Assembly (NCBI RefSeq): GCF_036365525.1
Contig: NC_090390.1
Coordinates: 56,898,153-56,962,152, forward strand
Direction: 5' to 3'
Length of the DNA: 64,000 nt
Source: Heterodontus francisci
Lineage: Eukaryota
Under the pieces are notes generated by a model that saw nothing but the letters and a program-made list of their open reading frames with translations, was not told the origin of the DNA and ran no database searches. The translations under genes were made by a program, and so were the position numbers. Shown here piece by piece: positions 25,126 to 39,199 of the stretch (its first letter is position 1; every line of letters begins with the position of its first letter).

Positions 25126-26381
25126 CCAAAAAAGTTTCAGGGCCAGAGAGGTTGTTTGGCAGTAATTATCAATTATCATGCCATTAAAACATCTACTTCT
25201 GAATGCACCAACCCTAACTTTTTTTTTTCCCCTGGCATGTTTAGTGGGTAACTATCAGAAGGATGGAGCAGTGCAATCTGGAGAAGCAGGGTATCCCTGA
25301 TGGCAACTTCTGGATTTCCTTGTTTAAATGCACATGTGTGATCACCAGAAGGTGCTTTCCTCTTTGGGCCATAATAACTGAGCATTGTTAGCTTCACTGT
25401 TATTTTTATGCAAACTTCAAACCATTATGTAGTCATTCTTTGTTAAATTCAGTTAATTTGTCATTGTGTCTTTCTTTCAGCTGAGATAGTATTTCTTTGG
25501 TATGTGTGGTAGTTCAGAGAATGATTGTGTCTGGAGATTCTTCCTTTCTCTTGGTTTCCTTTTTTAGGAAAACCTCCGTGTACTGGGGGAAAAGGAAAAT
25601 AACTTTCTTGATCTGTAACTGTACATTTATTCAATGTTGCTATTGGACGTAAATGATTTTTTTATTTGCACATTTCCTGCTTCACAATGGAGTTCTATAA
25701 CGTGATAGCACTATTCCTTTTACACATGCTGGTCATGGGGCTATTGTTTTTAAATGGCTCAAATTCCTATTCTAGTTGTCACGTTTTGACTGGCTTGCTA
25801 GGATGAGGTCACCTACAGAATGAAAAATAGGCATGGTGAAACAGGAGCTGCTGATGTACTGTTCAAACTAATAAGTACCTGTCATAAAATTAAGTTCATT
25901 TTTTTTTTTTGCATTTTTCCCCTTTTCTTTCCCTTTCCTGAATACAGTGATTCTGCTCGTGCACAATTCCATAGGGACCCATCTCATTCAAGTGTTCATT
26001 CTTTATATATGAGACAAATCAGGTCATGTCGACTGCAAACTGGCCCTCTCTTTACATCTCCATTTACTTGCATTTTCCAGCATGGGTCACTGACCATGAA
26101 AAGTGGTAATCCTGGATTCTCCCTCACTCCCTCCCTAGAAACAGTCATTTATACTGTTCCAGCTGAGATCAGCTAATTCTGCACAGAAAGACCACCAATC
26201 TTGGAAGCGTTCCTGTACTTGGCTCAGTATCAGATACTTGCTGAACAATTTTGGGAGCTGAATGGTATATGTATTAATTTCCAACCTGAAGGGGAGGGAT
26301 CTTGAGCAGAATCTGAAAGGTAATAAAATTTTAAGTGGAGAGGAAAAATAGACAAACTTTGATCTGTTCTTTCTGATGCAG

Positions 26382-27316
26382 GTGAGAAGCCCCACAGATG
26401 CCATTTATGTCCATTTGCTTCAGCTTATGAGCGTCATCTCGAAGCACATATGCGTTCACATAGAGGCGAGAAGCCATATAAATGTGAGCTTTGCTCCTTT
26501 CGCTGCAGTGATCAAAGTAATTTATCCCACCATCGCAGACGCAGGCATAAACTACTTCCTCTAAAGGGACGCAGGACATCACTGACCAATAAGAGAATGA
26601 TGGGAATTTTGCAGAAGAAGTCCAGCTACTCCCTGAGTTATGGAAGAAGACCTCTGAGTAATTTCAGTCCTCCTCCTATGGTGGTGCAGAAAACAGATTA
26701 CCTTGATGAGTTTTCTCCTAACATCTCAGCTGAATCTTATGAGGGTCTGACCAAAGCACAGACTGGTAATGGAATCTCGAGGGATGTACAGGACATGATG
26801 GTGGACAATCCTTTAAACCAGCTTTCTGCACTAGCTGGCCAGCTTTCCAGCCTTGCACAAGATGACCAAGCTCCAGCATCTTCTGATGTGGTGACATGCA
26901 GAGATGAAAAACCATATCTGATACAACAGAGTATAGCACCAATAGTTACCACTGTAGTTTCTAGTGTGGCTCAAAGCTCATCCAATGTTAGCCCTGATAG
27001 CCATCCTGTGCATAATCAAAGAACCTTCAGTCCTGTGCCAGGCCCCAATAGTGAGCGCAGTGCTCACATGAGCTCGCCCTGCATGACGAACAGCCAACCT
27101 AGCACCCCTGCTCCTCCAATTCAAGTTCAGGATCCCCAGCTTTTGCATCACTGCCAACACTGTGACATGTATTTTGCAGACAATATCCTTTACACTATTC
27201 ACATGGGATGCCATGGTTATGAGAATCCATTTCAGTGTAACATATGTGGATGTAAATGTAAAAACCAGTATGACTTTGCGTGTCATTTTGCCAGGGGTCA
27301 GCATAAACAAATTTAA
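26382..27316 (+). CDS. IKZF5: IKZF5 last coding exon (fingers 2-3 and two C-terminal dimerisation fingers)
   Basis: EKPHRCHLCPFASAYERHLEAHMRSH, YKCELCSFRCSD, DNPLNQLS, HHCQHCDMYFADNILYTIHMGCH, FQCNICGCKC; acceptor GATGCAG ending 26381; spliced CDS 1251 nt. Confidence 0.98.
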
Positions 27317-27329
27317 TGTTATTTGTATT

Positions 27330-27410
27330 AATAAAGCTTTTAAAAATTAATCAAAATTAATCTTGTTTTTTAAATGGTAACTATCACATCCTGTGTAAAA
27401 CTACAATAAA
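27330..27410 (+). terminator. Two candidate polyadenylation signals after the IKZF5 stop
   Basis: AATAAA at 27330-27335 and 27405-27410. Confidence 0.45.
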
Positions 27411-27724
27411 AGTTAAAGTAGTCTACAATCATTTATTTAAAGGAAACTTAAAATATATAATAGAATAATGATTTTCTCTTGTCTTACATTTTCCAGATTA
27501 CCAATGTCCTAATTACTCCTTCATTGCTTGGTGTATCATTTATGTGCTTAGAAACATGAAAGCTATTGGACATATGAATGAAACTGAAAGAAAGATAGCA
27601 CATAAGAGTTAATGGAAAAGATGAAACAAACAAAAAGGATGAGAAAACAGGAAAATAATTTACTTTCCTCCAGTTTATTCTTCCCTAAGGTGCTAACACA
27701 TGGTGCGGTGTGCCCTAACTATAA

Positions 27725-29110
27725 TGTTGCAAAATTCTCTCTTTGGGAACTGTTCTTTTAGATTGGAAAATTGCTCATGCCATTCTGCTATTTAAGAAAG
27801 GTGCGAGAGGAAAACCATGGAATTTTAGACTAGTTAGCCTAACATCTGTTGGGAAGCTACTATAGTCTACAATTAAGGATAGGATGACTAAACACCTTGA
27901 ATTTTCAGCTGATCAGAAAGCCAGCATAGAGTTGTGAAGGGTAAATCATACCTGACTGATCTGGTTTAATTTTTTTGAGGAGATGACTAAAGTAGTGGAT
28001 TGGAGAATGTCTTTTGATATTGTATATATGGACTTCCAGAGGGCATTTGATAAAGTCTCTTATGAGGGACTTTATCAGCTAAAGTTGGTCAATTGGCTGA
28101 ACAACAGGAGACAGAGTAGCATTAATGGGCAGGTACTCTAGTTGGCAAGATGTGACTAATGGTATCCTGCACGGATCTGTGTTGGGGCTTCTTGTTAACA
28201 ACTTTCATAATGGGATAGCCACATATTCAAATTTTCCCATGACACCGATAGATAGCATTTTAAGCAGTGCTGATGGAAGTGTAACATTACAAAGATATAT
28301 TGATAGGTTAAATGAATGGGGGGGGGGGGGGAACTGATAAATAGATTTCAGTGTGGGCAAATGTGAAGTCATCCACTTTGGACCTAAAAAAGATAGAATA
28401 GGGTACTTTCTAAATGAAGGAAAAGCTAGAAAGAGTGAGGTTCCAAAGAGACTTGGGGGTGGGAGAGAGAGAGGGTCCAAGTATGTAGATCATTAAATTG
28501 TTATGAATGGGTACAGAAAATGATCAAAAAGATGAATGGAATGCTGGCTGTTACATCTAGAGGACTAGTATACAAGCGAGTGAAAGTCATACTTCAGCTA
28601 TACAAAGTTTAGATCACACCTGGTGTACTACAAGCAGTTCTGGGCGCACCTTAGCTAGGATAATATTGGTCTTGGAAAGAGTGCAGTGTAGGTAGATTCA
28701 CTAGAATGATAACATGGACTCCAAGGGTTAAATTAAGAGGAGGGATTACACAAACTAGGGTTGCATTCCCTGGAATTTAGAAGGTTAAGAGGTTATTTGA
28801 TTGAAGTTTTCAAAATATTAAGTGGAGTAAATAGGGCAGATAAAACTATTTCAGCTGGTTGGAGAGTCTAGGGCTAGGAAGTATAGTCTTAAAAATTAGA
28901 GCCAAACTTTTCAGGACTGAAATTAGGAAACCCTTACACTGAAAGGGTGGTAGGAGTTTGGAACTGAGGTGGATAGATTTGTGTTAACCAAAGTTATTAA
29001 TGGATATGGGGCAAAGGTGGGTATATAGAGCTAGGTTGCAGGTCAGTCATAATCTCATTGAATGGAGGAACAGCATTGAGGGGCTAAATGGCCTACTCGT
29101 GTTCTTATGT
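27725..29110 (+). mobile_element. Old CR1 family A
   Basis: GATTGGAAAATTGCT, ATGGACTTCCAGAGGGCATTTGATAA, tail AATGGCCTACTCGTGTTCTTATGTTC. Confidence 0.85.
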
Positions 29111-30129
29111 TCCTACTTCATGTGGCTGAAGTTCAAAACAAGACTGTTTTGGTAGGCTATTTGATCATGGTAGGGGTGGGGGAACCATCACAGCCAAGTT
29201 GGATCCTGTCCACGTGCATGTTATCCATCATATCCCACTGGAGTGGGAAGGCAGTGTATGTCTCAATCCATCTGCTTCCTACTCCACTTCCACTGAGTCC
29301 AGTTATAGCATCCCTGTTGCTGACTTTGCTAATATTCATAGGCACTTTTAAAATCAATCTTTTAGCACTACTGAAACCTGAAATAGAAATAATGGTTAAT
29401 GTTCAGTAAATATTTGGAAGTTTCATTAATTTCTGTTTTATAAATCTGATTTTTTAAATGGAGAATTATTTTTATAAACCTTACTAGAGCATTTGAAAGA
29501 CTATTACAAAGAGATTCCGGTCTCATAAATTATACAGCCTTCATTTTTAAGTATTTTGCTCCATGTAAAAATTTTTGCAGATACCACAGATTCCGATCTC
29601 CTCCATGTTTTTACTAAGGTCTAATTTCTCGGGGTTTGCCAGTGTTGTTGCCTAGCCAAGACTTAGTGAGTGAATAGTGAAAGTTGGCTTCTTTCCTTGG
29701 GAAATATCTGAACTTTTCATCTGCTCCATGGCAAAGAACAGGATTGAAGAGAACCTGCATGTGCGTGTATGTTGACCTACTGCGTTGTTCCTGGGACAGC
29801 TTATTCTATTTAATTTCATTTTCACCTCCATGCTAAATAAATTAAATCCCTCATCTGTTTGTTATACTGCTGGTTTGTTCAATGTCTGGGTTATCCTGCA
29901 CAAGAAGTACAGCAAACAGCTGTGATTACACTAATTAACTTCAATATGTGCATGCAGTGCTGCTCTCAAGCCTATGTTGAAATTTCTAATGCTAAGACAA
30001 GGTGGGATTCAGCTATTTTTCTTAGATTTGTTGACTAGCTGTACAATGATCGCTGTGATTCTTGTTTAAAAAAAAATTAGTGCTGGGTCTTTGTTCACTA
30101 TTTACTATTTCACATTTTGGACTCTGAAA

Positions 30130-30985
30130 TCTGAAGTATAACTTCAAAATTTGTGGATGACACTGAATTGGAACATGTAATTAATATAGAAGAGGACTGA
30201 CAAAATATAGAAAGACATTAGTAAACTTGCAGAATGGGCATGTTGGCAAATGAACTTCAATATTGATAAGTATGAGGTAATAAATTTTAGTAGGAAGAAT
30301 ATGGAGACCACATGCTCATTAGAAAGTAAGTGTCTAAGTTGGGTAAAGGAATGGGGGGGTGGGGGGGTACAGATACACAAATCTATAAATGTAGTGATGT
30401 GGGTTAAGGCCATTAAAAAGTGAATCAAGGGTTCATTTCTAGAGAGATAAAATTGAAAAGCAAAGACGTTACATTAAACATGCATAGAACCTTGGAATAC
30501 TGTGATCAGGTTTTGGCCCCAATTATATAAAAAAAAAAGGATGTAGTGACACAGCAGAAGGTGCACAAAATGATTTACTAGTATGATACCAGAACTGAGG
30601 TTTTATCCATCAGGAAAAATTTCCTAAGGCTAGAGCTCTTTTCTCTAGAAAAGACTGAGGGTGAAATGTTAGATGTCTTGTGTGCAGGTTTGATAATGTA
30701 GAGAAGATGGTTTCACTTGCAGGCAAAACCAGATTTGGGGTGATGAATATAAGACGGTCATTAATAAACGCAATAAGAAGTTCAGGAGAAACTTCTTTAC
30801 CAAGGGAGTGGTTAGAATGTGGAACTCGGTACCACGGGGAGCAATTGAGGTGAACAGCATAAATGCATTCCAGAGGGAACTAGATGGGCGCATAAAGAAA
30901 TTAAAGGATATGCTTATGGGGTTAGATGAAGAGGAGGAACTTAAACACAGGTATGGACATGTTGGGCTGAATGGCCTGTTTCTGT
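30130..30985 (+). mobile_element. Old CR1 3' fragment
   Basis: AAATTTGTGGATGACAC (FADD remnant), VRMWNS, tail GGGCTGAATGGCCTGTTTCTGTGCTGT. Confidence 0.8.
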
Positions 30986-31499
30986 GCTGTTATACTTTAT
31001 AACATAAGCAGTACTAACAGAGATAACAGCATTTTCCAGTTAAACTTGCCATTTGTGCCAAACTGCTGATTTTGCTAGCATGTTAATGTTGTGTAAACTT
31101 ATCCTGTGCCACTAATTATGCTGTGGAACTGCTGTAGTATTATTCCCAATACTAACACAAAAATCTTCATATTTTCATGTGCAAATTATGTTTAAAATTT
31201 TTACTTGGAAGAACAGGAAATTATAGGAGTAAATATGCTAAGTAGCTTTTTTTTTTATTGAGTATAGACTGAGTCTTGCATTCAAGTACATCAATTACTG
31301 GTACCAACTGGTCGCGATCTACAACAGTTTTGTTCCTTGGGTGTAAAACTGGCAACCATTTTATTGAGGTTGTAGGGCCATTTGATATTCCCCTGTAGCA
31401 TTGAAGAGAGTGCTTTGAAATTAATTGTTTTTCAATTGAATCATTTTGTAGTTTAGAAAAAGCTTGAATTGAAAGCAGCTATTAGACCTTTATATGCAA

Positions 31500-32540
31500 G
31501 TGACAGTCAACAACAATTTGCATTTTGTTGCACCTTTGATAAAGAAATATCCTAAGATGGTTCAAATAGGTGTAAGGAAGTGAACTGCAGGTCAAGAAGG
31601 GAAAGATTAGAAGGGGTGATTGAAATCTTGGTTGAAGAAAAGCTCTGCCACTAATGGGTGAAGGGAAAGAGGATACATGGATGGTTGGAGTCAGAGGAAT
31701 GGAGTATTGAGGAGATATAAAATTGGAGGAGACAGTGGAAATGGGTTGGGCTGAGGCCAACCATGGATGTATAGGCAAGGATGCAAATTTTAAGTTTAGT
31801 TTGTTGGGAGGTGAAGAGTCAGTGTAGGTGGGGATAATGAGCTAGCAGAACAGGCTACATGTACAATGGTTTTGAAGAAGTTTGAACTTTATAGATTAAC
31901 AATAGGAGACCAGCAAGGAGATTGTTAACAAAGGGGGCAGGGAAGATATGCAAAGGAGTTATATTGGTATATATGTGGAGGTGAGCAATATTGCAAGGGT
32001 GGAAATAATGGATGTTGGTGATGGATGCTTGAGATTTAAAGCTTAATCCCATTTCAAATGGACTGGTATAGCTTGAGGGAATGACAGAGAGGGATGGAGT
32101 TGGCAGCAAGAGAGTGAAGTTTACGATAGCGACGAGAAATGGTGTCCTTAAGTTGGCATAAAGCAGTTTATGGCTCATCCAGGACAGTTCAGGAGTTCAA
32201 AGAAATAATGGGTGATGTTGGAGGACAGTGTGTAAATAAAGAAGGGGCCAGGGGCACCTTTGGGGACATTTGAAGGTGATATAGAGAAGGAAGAGAAGCT
32301 TTTGCTAGAGTTGCGCTGGCTGCGTTCAAATTGGTAGGAAGTGAACCATACAAGGGCATTTCCATTAAGATGGATGATGCAAGGCACTGGAGGATAATGG
32401 TGTAGTCAACTATCAAGTGCTTTGGAAGGTTTAAGGAAGGGCTTAAGGAAGGATGTAATTCTTGAACTTTATCTGAGGAGTAGGAACCATAATGTTGGCT
32501 AGCATGGGGGTCGAGGAGGGGAGTTAATGTGGAGTGAGGA
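31500..32540 (-). mobile_element. Old L2 LINE
   Basis: Minus-strand ALVWFTSY, VPKG...GP remnants; L2 tail near 31510-31570. Confidence 0.6.
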
Positions 32541-33209
32541 GTAGGAGTGGAACAAAGAGGAGAGCCAGTTGCCTAAGAGGTGGGTTAATCAGCCCCACTA
32601 AAATTGTCGAATTTATTAAAACTCAATACAATATGCTGAATGACATGATCTTGAGCAAGCTGTTTTGGGGCTGGTAGTAGTGGGGGGGAAGGAAAGGTGG
32701 GGATAAGCACAGGGCATGCACTTCTCCATAGGAAGGGAAAATCTGAAGTCTTATGAAGCTGCTCTTGTAGATCTCCCAAGTGAGCCCTGAGGGCATATTA
32801 TCACCAGTCCAAAAGGTGGGAATTTATAAATTCTATCTATATCAAGATTATCGTTGTCATGCTCTCCCTCTTTTTAAAAAAAAAACACTGTTTTCAAACC
32901 TATCTAATCTTAAATTCTAATATCTTAATATTCTTTCAAAACTAAAACTGCTCTTCATCAAATGCCAAACTTTTTTTCTTCTGGTGTCTGCCACAAAATG
33001 GAAACTTTGGACTGCTTAAAGGTGACTTAAAACTGCAACATGAACTACAGGAGATGGTTCAGCAAATGTACCAGGTTGAAAGTAGGGATGCAAAAAGAGA
33101 TTTGTGAATTGTAAGTCTATATGGTAAAACTGTTATTCCTCAATGGCACAAGAGTTTGGAGTAGGCAAATTTTTAGTTTATTGCTTCAAGTTAAACAAAT
33201 TAGAAAAAG

Positions 33210-33690
33210 ACATAGTTACAACATGGAAACAGGTCAATAGTCCATATTCCTTCATTGACTATCCAGTGTAATCTTGAATGTTGACAGTTTTTTTTGCCTC
33301 AACCAGTAATCCCAGAAGTAATTTCACAACTGAAAAAGTTTCTCCTGCTTTCTGTTCTAATAATTTACATTTTAATCTTGTATCTATGGTCTCTCATTCT
33401 ACACCCCTCAACTACCCCCCAATAGTCTACTTTTATCTACCCTATCCCATCCTTGTGTAATTTTCAAGTCTATGTATCAAACTTGTAATGGAAAAAAACA
33501 ATTTTTAAAAAATATTTGTATTTCCTCATACCAAGCAGCATCCTAGTAAATCACCATCCTATCCCCTCTCAAGCCTCATTCTTCATGTAGTCTGGTGCCT
33601 AATACTGCACACATTATCTAACTGAGATCTTAAGATTTTATATAGGCTCCTCATTATCTCTTGCTTTCATGTCCTATACCTTGTGATAAT
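33210..33690 (-). mobile_element. Very old CR1 3' fragment
   Basis: ACAACATGGAAACAGGTCA tail remnant and CCTAATACTGCACACATTA. Confidence 0.5.
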
Positions 33691-34152
33691 TACATGATTC
33701 TGCCATTAAAATGATGGCAAGAAGTGCATGTTAAATTTGAAAGAAAAAGGAATCTGATTATAAACTGTCCAAGCTGGAAGCTCTTAAAAATGTATTTTAT
33801 ATATTGCAATGAATTGATAATTCAGTACCTGAAGGTATGTTATTGCTTTAGGATTTTTTAATAGGTCTTTAGGATCTCGTTGCCAATGAAAGCAATGCTG
33901 TATCTACACCTAACATTCTGTAGTTCCTTGCTGTCTGGAGTAAGGTTCCTGGAACCTAAATTGAAGCCACCTTTCTCCCCTATACAAGATATACCAGACT
34001 ATTTTGCTTTCAAGTTTTAGGTAATGTTATCCTGTAAAGTACAAATGTGTAAAAACAGTTACATACCTGATATCTTGCAAAATTATTCTAATTTTTTCCC
34101 CCGCCCTGTGTTCACAGTGAAACATGACTGAATTTATAAATTTTTTTATTAG

Positions 34153-35858
34153 GAACAAAGAACAAACCAAGAACAAAGAACAGTACAGCACAGGAACAGG
34201 CCATTCGGCCCTCCAAGCCTGCGCAGATCTTGATGCCTGCCGAAACTAACACCTTCTGCACTTCCGGGGCCCATTTCCCTCTATTCCCTTCCTATTCATG
34301 TATTTGTCAAGATGTCTCTTAAACGTCGCTATCGTATCTGCTTCCACCACCTCCCCTGGCAGCATGTTCCAGGCATTCACCACCCTCTGTGTTTATAAAA
34401 AAAAAAAAAACTTGCCTCGCACATCCCCTCTAAACTTTGCCCCTCGCACCTTAAACCTATGTCCCCTAGTAACTGACTCTTCCACCCTGGGAAAAAGCTT
34501 CTGACTATCCACTCTGTCCATGCCACTCATAACTTTGTAAAGCTCTATCATGTCGCCCCTCCACCTCCGTTGTTCCAGTGAAAACAATCCGAGTTTATCC
34601 AACCTCTCATAGCTAATGCCCTCCAGACCAGGCAACATCCTGGTAACCCTCCTCTGTACCCTCTCCAAAGCCTCCACGTCCTTCTGGTAGTGTGGCGACC
34701 AGAATTGCACGCAATATTCTACGTGTGGCCTAACTAAGGTTCTGTACAGCTGCAACATGACTTGCCAATTTTTATACTCTATGCCCCGACCGATGAGGAC
34801 AAGCATGCCGTATGCCTTCTTGACTACCTTATCCACCTGCGTTGCCACTTTCAGTGACCTGTGGACCTGTACGCCCAGATCTCTCTGCCTGTCAATACTC
34901 CTAAGGGTTCTGCCATTTACTGTATACCTCCCACCTGCATTAGACCTTCCAAAATGCATTACCTCACATTTGTCCGGATTAAACTCCATCTGCCATTTCT
35001 CCGCCCAAGTCTCCAACCGATCTATATCCTGCTGTCTCCTCTGATAATCCTCATCATTATCCGCAACTCCACCAACCTTTGTCGTCCGCAAACTTACTAA
35101 TCAGACCAGCTACATTTTCCTCCAAATCATTTATATATACTCCAAACAGCAAAGGTCCCAGCATGATCCCTGCGGAACACCACCAGTCACATCCCTCCAT
35201 TCAGAAAAGCACCCATCCGCTGCTACCCTCTGTCTTCTATGACCGAGCCAGTTCTGTATCCATCTTGCCAGCTCACCTCTGATCTCGTGTGACTTCACCT
35301 TTTGCACCAGTCTGCCATGCGGGACCTTGTCAAAGGCTTTACTAAAGTCCATGTAGACAACATCCACCGCCCTTCCCTCATCAATCATCTTTGTCACTTC
35401 CTCAAAAGACTCAATCAAATTAGTAAGACATGACCTCCCCTTCACAAAACCATGCTGTCTCTCGCTAATTTCGTTTGTTTCCAAATGGGAGTAAATCCTG
35501 TCCCAAAGAACCCTCTCTAATAGTTTCCCTACCACTGACGTAAGGCTCACCAGCCTATAATTTCCTGGATTATCCTTGCTGCCCTTCTTAAACAAAGGAA
35601 CAACATTAGCTATTCTCCAGTCTTCTGGGACCTCACCTGTAGCCAATGAGGATGCAAAGATTTCTGTCAAGGCCCCAGCAATTTCTTCCCTTGCCTCCCT
35701 CAGTATTCTGGGGTAGATCCCATCAGGCCCTGGGGACTTATCTACCTTAATGTTTTGCAAGACACCCAACACCACCTTTTTTGATAATGAGATGACTGAG
35801 ACTATCTGCACTCCCTTCCCTCAGCTCATCATCCACCAAGTCCTTCTCCTTGGTGAAA
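34153..35858 (-). mobile_element. Fairly young CR1 family A, 5'-truncated
   Basis: ORF pieces 35811-35131 and 35091-34393 (KSPGPDGIYP, DFSKAFDKVPH, LVRPHVEYC) separated by frameshifts; tail repeats AAAGAAC at about 34153-34181. Confidence 0.95.
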
Positions 35859-35877
35859 TTGAGATGTTTTGTAAGGA

Positions 35878-36215
35878 GATGTTGTTGTAGGGATAATGTC
35901 ACTGAACTAGTAATCCAGAGGCCCAGGCTAATGTCCTGTGGACATAGGTTCAAATCTCACCATGACAACTGGTGGAATTTGAATTCAATTAATGAATAAA
36001 TTCAATTAAAAATATGGAATTGAAAGCTAATCTCAGTAATGTATAGTCAATTGTTGTAAAAACCCATCTAGTTCACTGATATCCTTTAGGGAAGGAAATC
36101 TGCTGTCTTTATCTGGTCTGACTCCAGACCCACAGCAATGTGTTGACTCTTAACTGTCCTCTGAAATGGCCGAGCAAGCCACTCCGTTGACCCACATCCC
36201 ATGAAAGAATTAAAA
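35878..36215 (+). mobile_element. tRNA-derived SINE with CR1 family B tail
   Basis: B box GGTTCAAATCTC near 35947; ends CCCACATCCCATGAAAGAATTAAAA like the family B 3' end. Confidence 0.7.
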
Positions 36216-37873
36216 GAAAATCTTGAATCTCCAATTTTTTTTGTTGACTCTTCACAGAATAGCCTCCAGTATGGCCAGCCAAGAACTCTAGTTGACCAGA
36301 TGAAGCTGAAGTGAAATGAACTGGACAATGTGACATTTTTTGCCCTGCATTGGAATACTTGGCTTCTGTGCAGTGGCCTGCTAGGAATTGACTTAAATAA
36401 CCTAGCTATGTATAACCAGATTTCAGTGGTAGCAACCCTGAGACTTGGGCCTGTTAAGAGGAGTCAAGCACTTAACTGTTGAAGCTAATGGGCTGGCGAT
36501 AGTTTGGGGTCTTTTTAATATGTGTTTATATTAATTTTATGTACTTTGATACATGTTTTGTGTAAGCTTTTTGTGAACAGTTAATTGCCAGTATTTGCTC
36601 TTTGGTTATAATTGTACTACTAAAGAACACTTAAGCTGATTAGGTTTTCTGCGCACATTTTAAACCTGGTTAACCTCTGATTGTAGTTGTGTTAGCAAAG
36701 AACAGTTTAAACTGATCAAGTTGTCTGCATATCTTAAACATTGTTGTAATTCAGTTTAAGAACAAGCTGTGATTGAATCATAGCCTGAAACTATTTTTAT
36801 GGACAGGTGGGAAATGGCATGGCTAGTTTCCACTGGTCATCTTCCAGCTGACCACGGAAAGTGTTTTTGTTTAAATTGGTATTTCAGCCCCTGTGTTTTG
36901 TTTGACAAATAAACACAGTGACAGGTTTTCTTTTGAGTTTAAAACAGATTAAATATTTATTGAGCAATAATTATCCAAAATGTTCACAACACCACCTGTG
37001 CGCACATTCACTCTCCTCGTGTATGTTCAAGAAAAAATAGAAGGTAAAGTGCAAGGAGTGTTGAGTTCAAGTTTTGAAAGTCTGCTTTTTCAGGAAAAAC
37101 GTGTGTCATCCTCATGAAAGGTAGGTGTTATGACTAGGTGAGAAAGGGGTCTAGGGTTCCCTCTCAGCCTTCACCTGGTCTTACAGTAACAGGGTTTTGT
37201 GTGAAACACTTTTTTTTAAGCTTCCCCCTTCATGAATCCTTGCTCACTAACTTCCAATTATGAGGCAAAGAAAATAGCCAAACAGGTTTTCTTGGGTTTA
37301 AAGAAAAAAGGTTGAACTTTATTAAACTCTAATTCGGTTAATGCCTACAGATACATGACGCACCCATGCTAGCATACATACGCGATACACATGCAGATAG
37401 AGACAAAAAAGAGCAGAAGAAATAAAGTGGAAAAGTTTGAGGCAATATCTGAAGATGGTTTTGGTTACTGTATGAGCTTGCTGTAAAGTCTTTGATTGTA
37501 GGTAGGTCTTGCTTTTTGTTGGGGTCCAGTATTCTCCTTAAACCTTGTTTGATGTAGGAGACTTTTTTTCTCTCACAGTTTATGTCCTCAGTGGGTCCAG
37601 AGGCTTGTGAGAAGGAGATGGTAACAAACAGGAGAGGAGGTCTCACTCCAGGAGCAAACAGTCTTTGAGTTCAAAAACCCTGTGGCTAGTTCAAAATGCC
37701 CTGGACCAGCCAGTTAGTCATGTGACCAGCTGGTTTAACCAGTCCTGGCTTTTGTGGATTCTATCACCTTAGTAGTCTTTGGAATGCTCTTCCTTACACC
37801 TTCAATGTCTGGTGATCAAGATTCATTGTGGGTTGAAATGTGTCGGGGAATGGTCCTTTTGTCTCCATGCACT

Positions 37874-38421
37874 GGGCTGGATTTTACCTTAAGCGAATGG
37901 GAAACATAAAAGTTGGTGGCGAACCCCATTTTGCCTAGCCTGGGGATCTGTCCCGCATTTTACAGCTCCCTGGGCTTTAATTGACCGGAGCCAGGACTTA
38001 CACCCGCTTGAGGGACTGCACCCCAGCTGACGACATGGAGGGAGTGAAGGTAAGTTGGGGGATTGGTCGTGCCCTGGTGAGGCTAGAGTGGTCGTTTGAA
38101 GGGGGTGGGGGGGGGGAGCGTCTTGGGTCGTGGAGGTGGGGGCAGCTCTCAATCGGGCACCATGTGTCCCCCCCCTCAGCATGCGGAAAGGCCAGCAGCT
38201 ATCTCTGGGTGGCCTTTCACGTCCCCAGCATACCCGCTTGCCATGGGTAAAATACCCGTGGAGGTGGGCACGGGCCCTTAAGTAGCCGTTCCCCCCCGAC
38301 CACCCAAAAGTTGGTCAGAGCGGGGCAGGAAGGCCTCCAGAGCCTCCCGTCCAATTTTACGCCACCCCCATCTGCCCCCATGCCACCACCTGACCTGCTG
38401 GGGTGACGGAAAATGCAGCCC
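37874..38421. mobile_element. PIF/Harbinger-type MITE in LTR B
   Basis: TIRs GGGCTGGATTTT / AAAATGCAGCCC (one mismatch), 3-bp TSD ACT. Confidence 0.85.
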
Positions 38422-38882
38422 ACTATCTGTTAGTATGCAAATGTCTGTCAGCTAAGTGGCTGCCCTTGTAACAGGCCTTCCTTTCTTAGCGAGTTTAAAA
38501 TCAATGTTCATTTGACAAAATTAATATGCCTGATTCTTGGCAGGTGGTGGCCTGCATGACAGCTCCACACCCAGCGGAATGAAATGCGTTTTGAGAAAAG
38601 CGCATTTCAGTAAAAAGACAGGAAAAGGCATGCATCTTGCTCTCTCGCGCCCTCCTTCTCTCGCATTCACATTGATTCATACATGCTAAAACTTACAGCC
38701 TATCTTCCTGGTAGCAGTCTTGCTTTAAACAGCCTTTTTTTTTTATGGCCATTTCCAGGACTGCCAAGGGTGTCTTTGAGTTAGTGGATTTTTTTTTCCA
38801 GCAGAGTCAGTAGCAGGCGGGTCTATCCTGAACTCTCTATTTTGCCGAGTCATGCCAAGGTTTTTGACTTCAGGGGATGGGT

Positions 38883-39199
38883 GTCATAGAGAGATACAGC
38901 ACTGAAAAAGGCCCTTCGGCCCACCGACTCTGTGCTGACCAACCACCACCCATTGATACTAATCCTACGTTAATCCCATATTCCCTATCACATCCCTACC
39001 ACCTACCTACACTAGGGGCAATTTACAATGGCCAATTTATCTATCAACTTGCAAGTCTTTGGCTGTGGGTGGAAACCGGAGCATCCAGCGGGAACCCACG
39101 CGGTCACAGGGAGAACTTGCAAACTCTGCACAGGCAGTACCCAGAACTGAACCCGGGTGGCTGGAGCTGTTAGGCCATGGTGCTAACCACTGTGCCGCC
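38883..39199 (-). mobile_element. HE1-like V-SINE
   Basis: Homologous to 19791-20136. Confidence 0.9.

Noticed and set aside
26450-27316. 288-aa ORF as a stand-alone gene
   Set aside because: Internal methionine of the last IKZF5 exon
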